NCBI GenBank assembly: GCA_013215875.1
Contig: JABSQK010000021.1
Coordinates: forward strand, 477-64,476
Direction: 5' to 3'
DNA from: Lentisphaeria bacterium
GTDB lineage: Bacteria; Verrucomicrobiota; Lentisphaeria; JABSQK01
Length of the DNA: 64,000 bases
Below the pieces are notes generated by a model that was not told the DNA's origin, did not search any database, and saw only the letters and a program-made list of their open reading frames with translations. This document shows, piece by piece, positions 29,116-38,345 of the stretch. The translations under genes and the position numbers were made by a program. The first letter of the stretch is position 1, and the number at the start of each line of letters is the position of its first letter.

Positions 29116-29172
29116 GTCGGTAACGATGACTTTATTCCTCCTCTGAAACATTCGTTTCAGGGGATTTTTTTT
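29101..29172 (+). promoter_or_regulatory. mutually exclusive antiterminator / terminator structures upstream of DAHP synthase
   Basis: Antiterminator: AGGAGGAAT (29101-29109) pairs with ATTCCTCCT (29134-29142). Terminator: CCTCTGAAAC (29140-29149) pairs with GTTTCAGGGG (29154-29163), loop ATTC, followed by T8 (29165-29172). The two structures share 29140-29142. Confidence 0.6.
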
Positions 29173-29196
29173 ATATTTATTACAAAAGGACAGTAC

Positions 29197-30237
29197 GTGG
29201 AAACTACACAAGATTTGCATATAAAAAGCATCCGGAAGCTGATTACTCCGGCGGAATTAAAACAACAAATTCCAATGACTGAAGCCGCCAATGATACCGT
29301 GGTCACTGCACGCAAAACCGTGAAAAAAATTATGGCCGGCGGCGATGATCGTTTCATTGTTATTACCGGTCCTTGCTCAATACATGACCCTGAAATTGCC
29401 TACGACTATGCCCGCCGACTGAAGCCCCTCATCGACAAATATGCCGATAAACTTGTGATCTTGATGCGCGTTTATTTTGAAAAACCACGCACCACTGTTG
29501 GCTGGCGTGGATTGATTAATGACCCGGGCCTTGATGGTACACGGGATGTTGAAAAAGGCATTGCCTTGGGACGTGAAATTCTCATGAAAATCAATGAAAT
29601 GGGGGTCGCAGTCGCAAGTGAAGTACTCGACCCGGTGACGCCTCAATACATGGCCGACCTCATCAGCTGGTCAGCTATTGGCGCCCGTACTACGGAATCT
29701 CAAACCCATCGCGAAATGACCAGTGGGCTCTCCATGCCAGTGGGATTTAAAAATAGTACCGAAGGCAACTTGCAGGTTGCGATCGATGCGATGATCTCTG
29801 CTATGCATGAGCACAGTTTTCTTGGAATCGACCAAAATGGCAATACATCAATTGTTGAAACCATGGGAAATAAATGGTCGCATATCGTTCTTCGTGGTGG
29901 TCGCAGTGGTGTAAACTTTCATGCAGAAAATATAAAAGAGACTGAGATTGCCATGGAAAAAGCAGGTGTAAAGCCATTGATCATGGTGGATTGCAGTCAT
30001 GCAAATTCCAATAAACGTTTCGATTTGCAGCCCGAAGTTTACCGTGATGTACTTGCTCAGCGGGCAAGTGGTACGCGTTCGATTATCGGCGTGATGCTCG
30101 AATCCAATATAAATGAAGGCAAACAAAGTATTCCGGACGATTTGTCAAAATTGCAATACGGTGTATCAGTGACAGATGGATGCATCAGTTGGGAAGCAAC
30201 TGAAGAGCTACTCCAGGAATCATACGACCAGTTATAA
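29197..30237 (+). CDS. aroG: 3-deoxy-7-phosphoheptulonate (DAHP) synthase, class I
   Basis: 346 aa, GTG start 7 nt after AAGGA. Motifs FIVITGPCSIHD, KPRTTVGWRGLINDP, VDCSHANS. The isozyme (Phe/Tyr/Trp-sensitive) cannot be assigned. Confidence 0.9.
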   Translation: METTQDLHIKSIRKLITPAELKQQIPMTEAANDTVVTARKTVKKIMAGGDDRFIVITGPCSIHDPEIAYDYARRLKPLIDKYADKLVILMRVYFEKPRTTVGWRGLINDPGLDGTRDVEKGIALGREILMKINEMGVAVASEVLDPVTPQYMADLISWSAIGARTTESQTHREMTSGLSMPVGFKNSTEGNLQVAIDAMISAMHEHSFLGIDQNGNTSIVETMGNKWSHIVLRGGRSGVNFHAENIKETEIAMEKAGVKPLIMVDCSHANSNKRFDLQPEVYRDVLAQRASGTRSIIGVMLESNINEGKQSIPDDLSKLQYGVSVTDGCISWEATEELLQESYDQL

Positions 30238-30251
30238 TCAAGGAGATTGAA

Positions 30252-30827
30252 ATGCCAAGACCACCGATATTGCCTATACCTGACAGAGAAGCAATTTTTA
30301 ATAGCGGCACAAGCTGGGATGACTGGCTGGCAAATCCAGATGAAGCAAGCCAGGGTGCAAGCCTCAAGGAATTTTACGAATCATACGAACTAAGCGATGC
30401 AACAAAGGCCAGCCTGCAAGCACTCGATGGCAAGGTAAATATCATCGCCATAGCCGAAACATGGTGCGGCGATGTGATTCGTCATACGCCCCTACTGATT
30501 AAAATGGTGGAAGCTGCTGGTGATAAGGCAGACATTCGTTTCGTTACCCGAGCGCAGAATACAGACTTTTTTACACGCTTTGTTACCAATGGCGGCGAAG
30601 CAATTCCAAAATTTGTTTTTTGCAGCCGCGAGTTTGTTGAGGTCGGTAATTGGGGCCCTATGTCAACGACGCCTCGCAAATGGATAGCCCAGGGAAAAGC
30701 CGCTGGCGATGTCGGCGCTGCCCGGAAAAAGGTCGGGGAATTCTACACGAATGACAACGAAGTGGAAGCGACTAAAGATTTTCTCGAGCTATTTGAAACT
30801 GCGACCTTAACAAGCTTCCCGGAATAA
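30252..30827 (+). CDS. thioredoxin-fold family protein
   Basis: 191 aa with AETWCGD (single-Cys Trx-like motif). SD AAGGAG upstream. Confidence 0.6.
   Translation: MPRPPILPIPDREAIFNSGTSWDDWLANPDEASQGASLKEFYESYELSDATKASLQALDGKVNIIAIAETWCGDVIRHTPLLIKMVEAAGDKADIRFVTRAQNTDFFTRFVTNGGEAIPKFVFCSREFVEVGNWGPMSTTPRKWIAQGKAAGDVGAARKKVGEFYTNDNEVEATKDFLELFETATLTSFPE
30784..30827. repeat. 44-bp direct repeat, copy 1 (the 3' end of the thioredoxin-like CDS)
   Basis: TCGAGCTATTTGAAACTGCGACCTTAACAAGCTTCCCGGAATAA recurs at 32959-33002 with one C/T change. Confidence 0.9.
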
Positions 30828-30948
30828 ACAAACTGAGTTTTTAATTCATAAAGAAAAATGAGAACGTATTCCGGTACATATTTGCTTTGCTAAATGTAAA
30901 TGATTTCATACTCATTGACATACCAGATTCGCATTTCTATATTCTGCC

Positions 30949-32733
30949 ATGCCAATCATCTCAAATCGTGGCAAGGCCCACTTTCACATTAGCCTTCCCC
31001 TGGATCCGAGTGAACAGGAGTGCTATGCCGCCACTCAGTTACAGCACTATTTAAGCAAAGTATCTCAAGCCCAATTCGAGATAAACCGGGAGTCCATACG
31101 AGATTCCAATAGCATCCGACTTCAGTCCTGCAATTCTGGTGACAGCTATCGGATCGGGGTGACAGACAATAACATCACCATTGAGGGCGGGGATCGAGGG
31201 CTACTTTATGGGGTTTATGACTTTCTTGAGCGATTCACGGGATGCCGGGGGTATAGCCCAGAAATCACCGTTGTGCCAAAATGCCGAATGCTGCGCATAG
31301 CAGAAGGCGAATACAGTGCCAGCCCGGCCTTTATCTCACGTGACACCTGCTATTACCATGCAGTGCAGAATCCAGACTGGGCGGCCATGGCCCGTCTGAA
31401 TGGAAACTCCCTGAGACAGCAACGCCCCGAGCATGGCGGCCGCGTTGCCTTTGCCGAGCCCAGCGTACACAACTGCCATTTCCTCGTGTCACGGGATTAC
31501 TTTGATGAACACCCTGAGTATTTTGCCTTGGTCGATGGTGAGCGTAAGGCGCCGGGTTACCACCTGTGTTTCTCCAATCCCGAGGTGATTCGCATCGCCG
31601 CGGAAACTATGATTTCGTGGATGGATGACAATCCAGACTGCGAGGTCTTCGCTGCTGAGCAGGATGATGGCGGCTTCTGTTGCGAATGTGAGAATTGCAA
31701 AGCCATCGAAGAACGGGAAGGAAGCTACGCGGGAACTGTCCTGCACTGGGTAAATGGTGTTGCTGAGATCTGTGCAGAAATACATCCAGATAAATGTCTG
31801 ATGACACTGGCTTACAGCTTTTCACAAATTCCACCAAAGCAGATGAAAGTTCATCCCAATGTTATTATCCGCTTTGCTCACCTTCTGGAACCCAAATGCG
31901 GTGTACATCCCTTCGATGAATGTGATATGAACAACTGGGCTCTTGAGAACCTGGCCTTATGGAAAGGCATTACGGAGAAAGTGTTCGTCTGGCACTACGC
32001 AACCAACTTCTGGAACTACCTGGTGCCCTTTGCTAACTTCGAATCACTACCCGCTGCTTACCGCCACTACCAAGATCTGGGCATAACCCATATCTATACA
32101 CAGGGAAACCGGCAAAGCCCCCATGGGGAGTTTGCTGAACTACGTACCTGGCTGGCAGGCAAACTCATGTGGGACCCGACCCTTGATGCCACGGCCTTGA
32201 TCGATGAATTCCTAAAAGCCTATTACGGCGGTGCCTGGCGGTCGATCCGCAAGTATATCCACTACCTCCATCAGCGAATCAGCAAGGCGAAAACCCATAT
32301 GTACTGTCTGATGCCCTGCGACTCTTATCTGACTTTAAGAACCATCAACGCCGCGTCACGGATTCTTGATAGAGCCTTCGAAAAAGTAGATCAGGACTCC
32401 CCCGAATATGAACGACTCCTGCCGATTAAGCTTTCTGTATTGTTCACCCGGCTGGTCCTTTCCAACCCCGACCTGAATCCCAATCAACATCAACGTTTCA
32501 TTCCACCGGACTCCTGGGACCAGAGAACCCTCGATGCCGCAACTGAGTTTATTGACCTGTGGGAGGTCTTGGATTTTCCTTATGTCACGGAGATGCACTG
32601 GCGCGTTACCGCTTGGCAAAAGCGTATGGCCTCCCTTTACCAGTTTCTCGGCCGTCCCGTGCCCGATGGTGCGACACGCCACTGGCTCGACCAACCTGTT
32701 GACGCTCCGGTGAACAGTGCGGGTGTGATGTAA
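30949..32733 (+). CDS. DUF4838-like putative glycoside hydrolase family protein
   Basis: 594 aa. The N-terminus (…LPLDPSEQECYAATQLQHYLSKVS…) and overall layout resemble DUF4838. Visibly GC-richer than its neighbours in sampled rows. Confidence 0.55.
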   Translation: MPIISNRGKAHFHISLPLDPSEQECYAATQLQHYLSKVSQAQFEINRESIRDSNSIRLQSCNSGDSYRIGVTDNNITIEGGDRGLLYGVYDFLERFTGCRGYSPEITVVPKCRMLRIAEGEYSASPAFISRDTCYYHAVQNPDWAAMARLNGNSLRQQRPEHGGRVAFAEPSVHNCHFLVSRDYFDEHPEYFALVDGERKAPGYHLCFSNPEVIRIAAETMISWMDDNPDCEVFAAEQDDGGFCCECENCKAIEEREGSYAGTVLHWVNGVAEICAEIHPDKCLMTLAYSFSQIPPKQMKVHPNVIIRFAHLLEPKCGVHPFDECDMNNWALENLALWKGITEKVFVWHYATNFWNYLVPFANFESLPAAYRHYQDLGITHIYTQGNRQSPHGEFAELRTWLAGKLMWDPTLDATALIDEFLKAYYGGAWRSIRKYIHYLHQRISKAKTHMYCLMPCDSYLTLRTINAASRILDRAFEKVDQDSPEYERLLPIKLSVLFTRLVLSNPDLNPNQHQRFIPPDSWDQRTLDAATEFIDLWEVLDFPYVTEMHWRVTAWQKRMASLYQFLGRPVPDGATRHWLDQPVDAPVNSAGVM

Positions 32734-32846
32734 AAACGGACAGCATTTTTTGCAGCGCACTCTCAATATTCAGTGGATTGAGTGAATTACGGCCATGAGA
32801 TAACTCCGTTCGTACTGCATTATTAGGTGTTCGATATTCGTTATTG

Positions 32847-32877
32847 CCCAAGCTTTTTACGAAGTAAAAGCTTTGGG
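32847..32877 (+). terminator. hairpin terminator candidate downstream of the DUF4838 gene
   Basis: CCCAAGCTTTT … AAAAGCTTTGGG stem with one bulge and loop TACGAAGT, followed by ATTTTA. Confidence 0.45.
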
Positions 32878-32958
32878 ATTTTACGACTTTGTTTTGGCAC
32901 TTGGTAGCACTTTTACTCGCAAGCTCACTGCTCGTTACCTTATTCGCCGAAGTTTATT

Positions 32959-33002
32959 TCGAGCTATTTGAAACTGTGACCTTAACAAGCTTCCCGGAAT
33001 AA
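32959..33002. repeat. 44-bp direct repeat, copy 2 (orphan duplicate of the thioredoxin-like gene 3' end including its stop)
   Basis: 43/44 identity to 30784-30827. There is no upstream ORF that it could terminate. Confidence 0.9.
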
Positions 33003-33113
33003 TTTAGCTATTATCAGTTACGGGGACACCAAGAAATTCTCCAATTTCCGCCGCATCCGTTTGAATGCGCCTGTGGTTGCCATTGTCAATAATATTCAAT
33101 TCATGTGAATCCA

Positions 33114-35621
33114 TCAATTAATTATTTTTGAAAAGTCCAGAATGTTCTGGCGCAGTGCAAAGACAATTGTATCTAGTGCGATTTCCTTGCTGTAACTAAA
33201 ACGGCTCACCATGTTTTGAATGATCGACTCAACATTGTGCTTGATGCTTTCATTCAATTTATTATACTGCATTTTTGAATTCTGCTTATGGAAAAATCCA
33301 TTTCGTAATTGTTCAGAACTCACACCTTCAATTGCTTTGCGATGCGAAAGCATCGCATTGTATTCATTTGAAAAGCAATCAAGAAAATTATCGTCTCTGG
33401 AACCGACAAGTGTTTTTTCTTCTTCGAGTTTTAATTCGCCACTATCATTCAAATCAAGAAATTTTTGCGCCAGTGTGCTGCGCAAAATTTCATTCATCGA
33501 GTCCGGGTCGATGACACTTTCTACAGAGATCATATAATTTTCATCCGGATGGTCGATCTTTTCCCCATTGTCTTTATCCACATAGGTAAAACGCGGAATG
33601 AGAATATGCGAGAATGCCTTGTTTTCATGGGCTCTAGCGAGCAGTGCATGTTGCAGGTATTTGCGCAGGTCGCTCTCGATGCGCTCAGGATCACGGTCTA
33701 CTGTGGCAATGGTAATTTCATCTTTTATTTTCATATAGTAAAGCGCCTTTACTACTGCAATGAGTCCTTTGAAGTCCCCATAATCACCTTCGCCATCTTT
33801 GAATATAAGTTCGTCGATTTTACGACTCGATATGGTTTTATGGTCTTTATGTTTGGGTGGGGAATCGCTCAACCAGTGATGCACCGACGGACCTTCTGTT
33901 ATAATTCGCTCGAGCTGTGTAAAGAAAAGGTTCACCGTTACTTTTGAACCATCCGACTTTGCAAATGTATTGCGGATAATGTTCTGTAGTTGGCGGATGG
34001 ATAAACCACTACGCCCTTCATTGGGATAATGCTCCTGCAGCAAAAAGCGCATGAATTCATCATCAAGCAGTTTTAACTCATTGTTTGTAAACACATTTGA
34101 TTTCTCAAGTGAAACCGCTTCCGGGTGCGTGACTATTTTATCTCTGTAGAGTTCTGGTTCAAAGATATTTATCCCGACTCTCAGGCATTCATTGCGGAAG
34201 GGATGCCAATGAGGCAGCTGCTTCAGGGTTTGTATTGGGTCCTGCGGCTTAGACGAATAAATAAAGAGCTTTTGCTCAGGGCGGATTTTGTAGAAGAGCG
34301 ATTTCTTCTCACTGCTCCATTTCGAAGGCAACTGCTGTTTGACAGGTGGTTGCAGACGGGTTATCACAGAAAAGTATGCGGCAATACGCAAGAGGTTTGG
34401 ATCCACATCGTAACGCTCTTTTATATTCGCCATATCGCGCTTTAGAATCTCCGTCTCAGAGGTCGTATCGAGCAAATAGTTGATCGGAATTTTTTCGATT
34501 CGGTCGAGTAGTTTTGCTGACGCGAGCTGATTTTCCAGCATATCCATTTCTTCAAGATTGGTCGTAATAACCACCGTATTATCAATCGAGGTTTGGGTAG
34601 ACTCCAGGGCAATTTTGCCCGAGCCAAGCAACATAAGCAGTGGTTTATATTCTTCTTCGCTGGCGCCCTGTCCACCATGAATGCCAAAGGCATCATGCAT
34701 GTGTAGAAGGCCGCGATGCGACGATACCATGGCTCCTTCATAGGTATAAAGATTAAGCCCCGGTAGATGTTCATTGAGGACTTCCTGTTCTGAGTGGCCA
34801 AAATTCATTTGCCGACGGTGCGTTTGCAAATGGCGCATGTCATCGATATTTGCTATGCCTTTGCCCTGCCCTACTGAAAATTCAATTTCTTCAATCATGA
34901 TATATTCATCGAATATTTCATAGAGCGTTTTTCCTTCATTGCGGGGATTATTTTGTAGTGCTTCGATGATATCCTGATTGCGTTTATCCAGTGTGGCATA
35001 ACGATAATATGTTGGAATGGTCAGAGATCTGAACCCGTTTGGACGGTTTTTTAAGTGTTCGAGCATTTCGGAGCGTGGACTCAAAGACTGGCCATCTTCA
35101 TTATGTATGATTGTTGGAAATAAGAGTAAGGGATGATTCATAAAGGGGCAGCGGATCTGTACATTGCGCCCGTCTTTTCCTGGCAGGTTAAAGTAAAATG
35201 AATACAATCGCACCTGGTTTTGTTTTGTATAAACGACAATTGCCCGGCTGATTAAGTCGATCACATTTGTTTTTCCAGAGGCCGGTGGCCCGACGAGCAC
35301 GATACCGCGTTTTGGACCCGCTTCTTTTTCGACAGATTCAATCGCATCGACAATTGCCTTTATACCCAGTTCCTGGCCATATACTGCATTGATTCCATTG
35401 CTGAAGGGATCCTTAAAAATATTATAGCTGAGGATTGGTTCGCCGCTGCGAATGACGATCTCGTAGCCAAAATACTTTATAGCATCCGAGATAATTGTTG
35501 CAGATGTATGCAAATATTTATCCGGTTGATCCAAAAAATTATCTACAAATGTGTTAAAGCTCAATGCTTTCTTGCGCTGGTAGCGCAGGGTATTCTGATA
35601 ATCAAATTGTTTGTCTTCCAT
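33114..35621 (-). CDS. second PrkA-family AAA+ protein (PrkA paralog) at the end of the prkA-yeaH-spoVR operon
   Basis: 835 aa with a canonical Walker A (VLVGPPASGKTNV). The region RGLLHMHDAFG…YKPLLMLLGSGKIALE…NTVVITTNLEEM…LLDRIEKIPINYLL parallels the YeaG/PrkA core. Starts 12 nt after spoVR. Confidence 0.6.
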   Translation of the reverse strand: MEDKQFDYQNTLRYQRKKALSFNTFVDNFLDQPDKYLHTSATIISDAIKYFGYEIVIRSGEPILSYNIFKDPFSNGINAVYGQELGIKAIVDAIESVEKEAGPKRGIVLVGPPASGKTNVIDLISRAIVVYTKQNQVRLYSFYFNLPGKDGRNVQIRCPFMNHPLLLFPTIIHNEDGQSLSPRSEMLEHLKNRPNGFRSLTIPTYYRYATLDKRNQDIIEALQNNPRNEGKTLYEIFDEYIMIEEIEFSVGQGKGIANIDDMRHLQTHRRQMNFGHSEQEVLNEHLPGLNLYTYEGAMVSSHRGLLHMHDAFGIHGGQGASEEEYKPLLMLLGSGKIALESTQTSIDNTVVITTNLEEMDMLENQLASAKLLDRIEKIPINYLLDTTSETEILKRDMANIKERYDVDPNLLRIAAYFSVITRLQPPVKQQLPSKWSSEKKSLFYKIRPEQKLFIYSSKPQDPIQTLKQLPHWHPFRNECLRVGINIFEPELYRDKIVTHPEAVSLEKSNVFTNNELKLLDDEFMRFLLQEHYPNEGRSGLSIRQLQNIIRNTFAKSDGSKVTVNLFFTQLERIITEGPSVHHWLSDSPPKHKDHKTISSRKIDELIFKDGEGDYGDFKGLIAVVKALYYMKIKDEITIATVDRDPERIESDLRKYLQHALLARAHENKAFSHILIPRFTYVDKDNGEKIDHPDENYMISVESVIDPDSMNEILRSTLAQKFLDLNDSGELKLEEEKTLVGSRDDNFLDCFSNEYNAMLSHRKAIEGVSSEQLRNGFFHKQNSKMQYNKLNESIKHNVESIIQNMVSRFSYSKEIALDTIVFALRQNILDFSKIIN

Positions 35622-35633
35622 ATTGTAATGCCC

Positions 35634-37253
35634 CTATAGTCTAAGTGCTTTTTCGCCACTCTGCATGCGTTCGCAAATTTCCTCAAATGTATTTTCTGAA
35701 ATTTGTGATTCCTTGATTGCCCCGCTCTGATAAACATACAAAATGTTATCTGTAACGAGCGATACGGATGACTTCCATATATGATTGAGATTTTTTAGAG
35801 TGGGTTGTATCCAGTCCTTGCGCAGTTTGCGACCATCATTGCGATGAAAGAGCAAGAGCCCGCCATCCATAAAGTCGTCATCTACTAAATAAATTCTTGG
35901 CTGATGAAAGTGCACAAAAAAGTTTAACATCTCGTCGAGAATGGGTTCCGGTTCTAGCCAGATATAATACGGGTCTTCCTTCATCACATCTTCTGCTCGT
36001 ATTCCCAGCTGCTGGGCCTGGCGTTTATGGATACGGTTGAGATGAAATTTCGTAATGAGTTCCGGCGACAGAAAGCGGCGCAAAAATTCGTAATCTGTTA
36101 TGCTCTCCACCAGATGTTCCATGCATTGCATGGGTGTTTTATCGATGGGCTTGTGCCATGTACGTTTCGTTTCAAGATCGATTTCCTCGACATAATCGAG
36201 TGTCACTTTGCCATCTTCATAAAGCTCTTCTATATGTTCCCACATGTGATAGCCCAGGTGATAAGGATTGCGCTGGAACCAGGGCCTGGGAAAACAAACA
36301 CCGGAGACGGATTTGGCATATTCAATAATGCCGGGACATGCTTTTTCACGGAACAAGTCATGCATGATTTTCTTTTCCCAATACATTGCCCAACCCTCAT
36401 TCATGATCTGTGTACGCATGATAAAATCGCGGTTTTTATTTATCGCATACATATACTCAAGGATCGATTGTTCCGGATTGCTGTTGGGAGCAAATTCTCT
36501 CAGGAATCCAAGGATGTCCTGGCAGGGCGCATATAGCTTATAGCCCTTGCGATCCAGAGTCATACGTTCCTCGTAGCGTCGTTCCTCGTGTACGCGCATA
36601 GTCGACTCAGACTCTTTTTTTTCTAAAAGCGTATCAAGCGTGGATGAATATGGCAAGTAGAGTTCCGGCCCACTTTCCACTGGAATTGCTTTCTTGGCCG
36701 CATTCACTTTTGAATCGTATTCGATGGAGTTTTCCAGATTGAATTGCGAATTTGGATGGATCAACCCGCTAACCGACTCGCAAGCATTCCAGAATATTTT
36801 ATAATTTCGCTCACCCATTTGTTTGCGGCCCATATCAATTTGTCGCACCAGGTGCATGACCTGTTCGGTGCGGTCATCATTTGAATCGTGCATCACATTG
36901 AGTTCGCTAAATTCGCAATGGCCAACGACATGGGCCATTACCGATGCCTGCATCATTGCTGAATTTGTTTCGTTGAGATAGCCATATGATGGACGGCCCG
37001 TTTGTACAACTTCATAATACAAACTTGTTTCCTGGCCGCTTTCTACACGTAATCGACGACCCACCATCTCCTTCCCTTCCCATATGTTTACAGGGCTCGT
37101 GGGATAGACGTGTTTGCTCAAAAGCGAGGCAAATTCATTTTCATCGAGAATGAAAAAGCGCATTTCTGGCAATTGGCGTTCGTATACATTGGCATAATGC
37201 AAAACCCGTTCTTCGAGAAAAGCCAATCCTTTGTCTGTGCTAATAGGTCTCAT
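35634..37253 (-). CDS. spoVR: SpoVR-family protein
   Basis: 539 aa with SpoVR-like motifs (…VMAHVVGHCEF…, NEGWAMYWE). ATGA overlap with yeaH. Confidence 0.85.
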   Translation of the reverse strand: MRPISTDKGLAFLEERVLHYANVYERQLPEMRFFILDENEFASLLSKHVYPTSPVNIWEGKEMVGRRLRVESGQETSLYYEVVQTGRPSYGYLNETNSAMMQASVMAHVVGHCEFSELNVMHDSNDDRTEQVMHLVRQIDMGRKQMGERNYKIFWNACESVSGLIHPNSQFNLENSIEYDSKVNAAKKAIPVESGPELYLPYSSTLDTLLEKKESESTMRVHEERRYEERMTLDRKGYKLYAPCQDILGFLREFAPNSNPEQSILEYMYAINKNRDFIMRTQIMNEGWAMYWEKKIMHDLFREKACPGIIEYAKSVSGVCFPRPWFQRNPYHLGYHMWEHIEELYEDGKVTLDYVEEIDLETKRTWHKPIDKTPMQCMEHLVESITDYEFLRRFLSPELITKFHLNRIHKRQAQQLGIRAEDVMKEDPYYIWLEPEPILDEMLNFFVHFHQPRIYLVDDDFMDGGLLLFHRNDGRKLRKDWIQPTLKNLNHIWKSSVSLVTDNILYVYQSGAIKESQISENTFEEICERMQSGEKALRL

Positions 37254-38332
37254 TTTATCAGGTCCGGTTGATGGCTTGCATTCTCACTAAAAAGGGTTTT
37301 TATTATTTCGATAATTGTATTCTTATTTTTCAGCTCGCCGACTTTTATAATTGGGTCGTGGCCAAATTTCTGCACAATCATCTTGCGCAAATGACTGTAA
37401 TGGCTTGGCTTTACTTCCACTACCCCGATGCGGTTAAATATGGACTTCATCTCTTCATCAAGCAGGGTGATAATTTTACTGGCATCCGTTTCAAAGAGCT
37501 CACCATCCCCAAAATAAAATGCATAATAATTTGTCGTCTGTGGGTCGTATTCATTTCTGGCGATCTGATTGACCAGCTCAAATACCCCGGCTGCTTCGGT
37601 GCCGCCAGCATTCGAGACATTGTAGAAATCTTCGGGAAGTACTTCATAGGCTGTGCTATCATGCACAAAAAAACGATGGTCCACATTGTCCTCACCATAA
37701 TTATAATCGAGCCAATAATGAATGAAATTAACCACACGTTTTTCCAGTTCGAGTCGTTCGCCCATTGTGGAGTAGGATATGTCGCCCATGTAAAATACCA
37801 CTGCTCTAAATTTGGGCTTCTCTACCCGCTCGGGTAATTTAAAGCGTTTATCTTTTTTACGAATTTGCACATCGTAGTCACCATTTTCCGGATCATATAT
37901 GCCCAGGCCAACACTTGCCTTTAATGCGCGCTTAAAGGTGCGGCGGCGATCAAGCAATACCCCTGAAGTTCCAAAGGTTTTAAATTCGTAGGAGATTTCT
38001 TTGATTTTCCCGTCGCCCAATTTCAGTAGATTTGGCAAACGAAGGCGTTTTGAAATGGCGTCCATCAGCATTTTAAGCGGCACACTGAATTTTAGTTTGC
38101 CACCGCCCGATCCCGGGCCTTGCCCGGCACCTTGCCCGGCGCCTCCACCCTGGTTTTCATAAACAAAGGTGGGCGGTTTCATTTCATCCATTTCAATAAT
38201 GACATCGCTGCCGCGCTGGTCAATGTCGCCATTGCTGATTATCTCATCAATAAGTTCCGTAAGAGTGTCTTCGATAAATTCATTGAAGGCACCTTCGGAC
38301 TCATTGGAATTTATATCTATATCGGAGCTCAT
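37250..38332 (-). CDS. yeaH: YeaH/YhbH-family protein (DUF444, VWA-like)
   Basis: 360 aa with a Gly-rich stretch GGGAGQGAGQGPGSGGG and a MIDAS-like GDISYS. SD GGAGG upstream. Positioned between prkA and spoVR. Confidence 0.85.
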   Translation of the reverse strand: MSSDIDINSNESEGAFNEFIEDTLTELIDEIISNGDIDQRGSDVIIEMDEMKPPTFVYENQGGGAGQGAGQGPGSGGGKLKFSVPLKMLMDAISKRLRLPNLLKLGDGKIKEISYEFKTFGTSGVLLDRRRTFKRALKASVGLGIYDPENGDYDVQIRKKDKRFKLPERVEKPKFRAVVFYMGDISYSTMGERLELEKRVVNFIHYWLDYNYGEDNVDHRFFVHDSTAYEVLPEDFYNVSNAGGTEAAGVFELVNQIARNEYDPQTTNYYAFYFGDGELFETDASKIITLLDEEMKSIFNRIGVVEVKPSHYSHLRKMIVQKFGHDPIIKVGELKNKNTIIEIIKTLFSENASHQPDLIK

Positions 38333-38345
38333 AGCTGGCCTCCGT

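Noticed and set aside
28954-29220. 88-aa minus-strand ORF covering the aroG leader region.
   Set aside because: It overlaps the aroG start, the terminator and the leader ORF. It has no SD and no recognisable domain. The plus-strand attenuator explains the region better.
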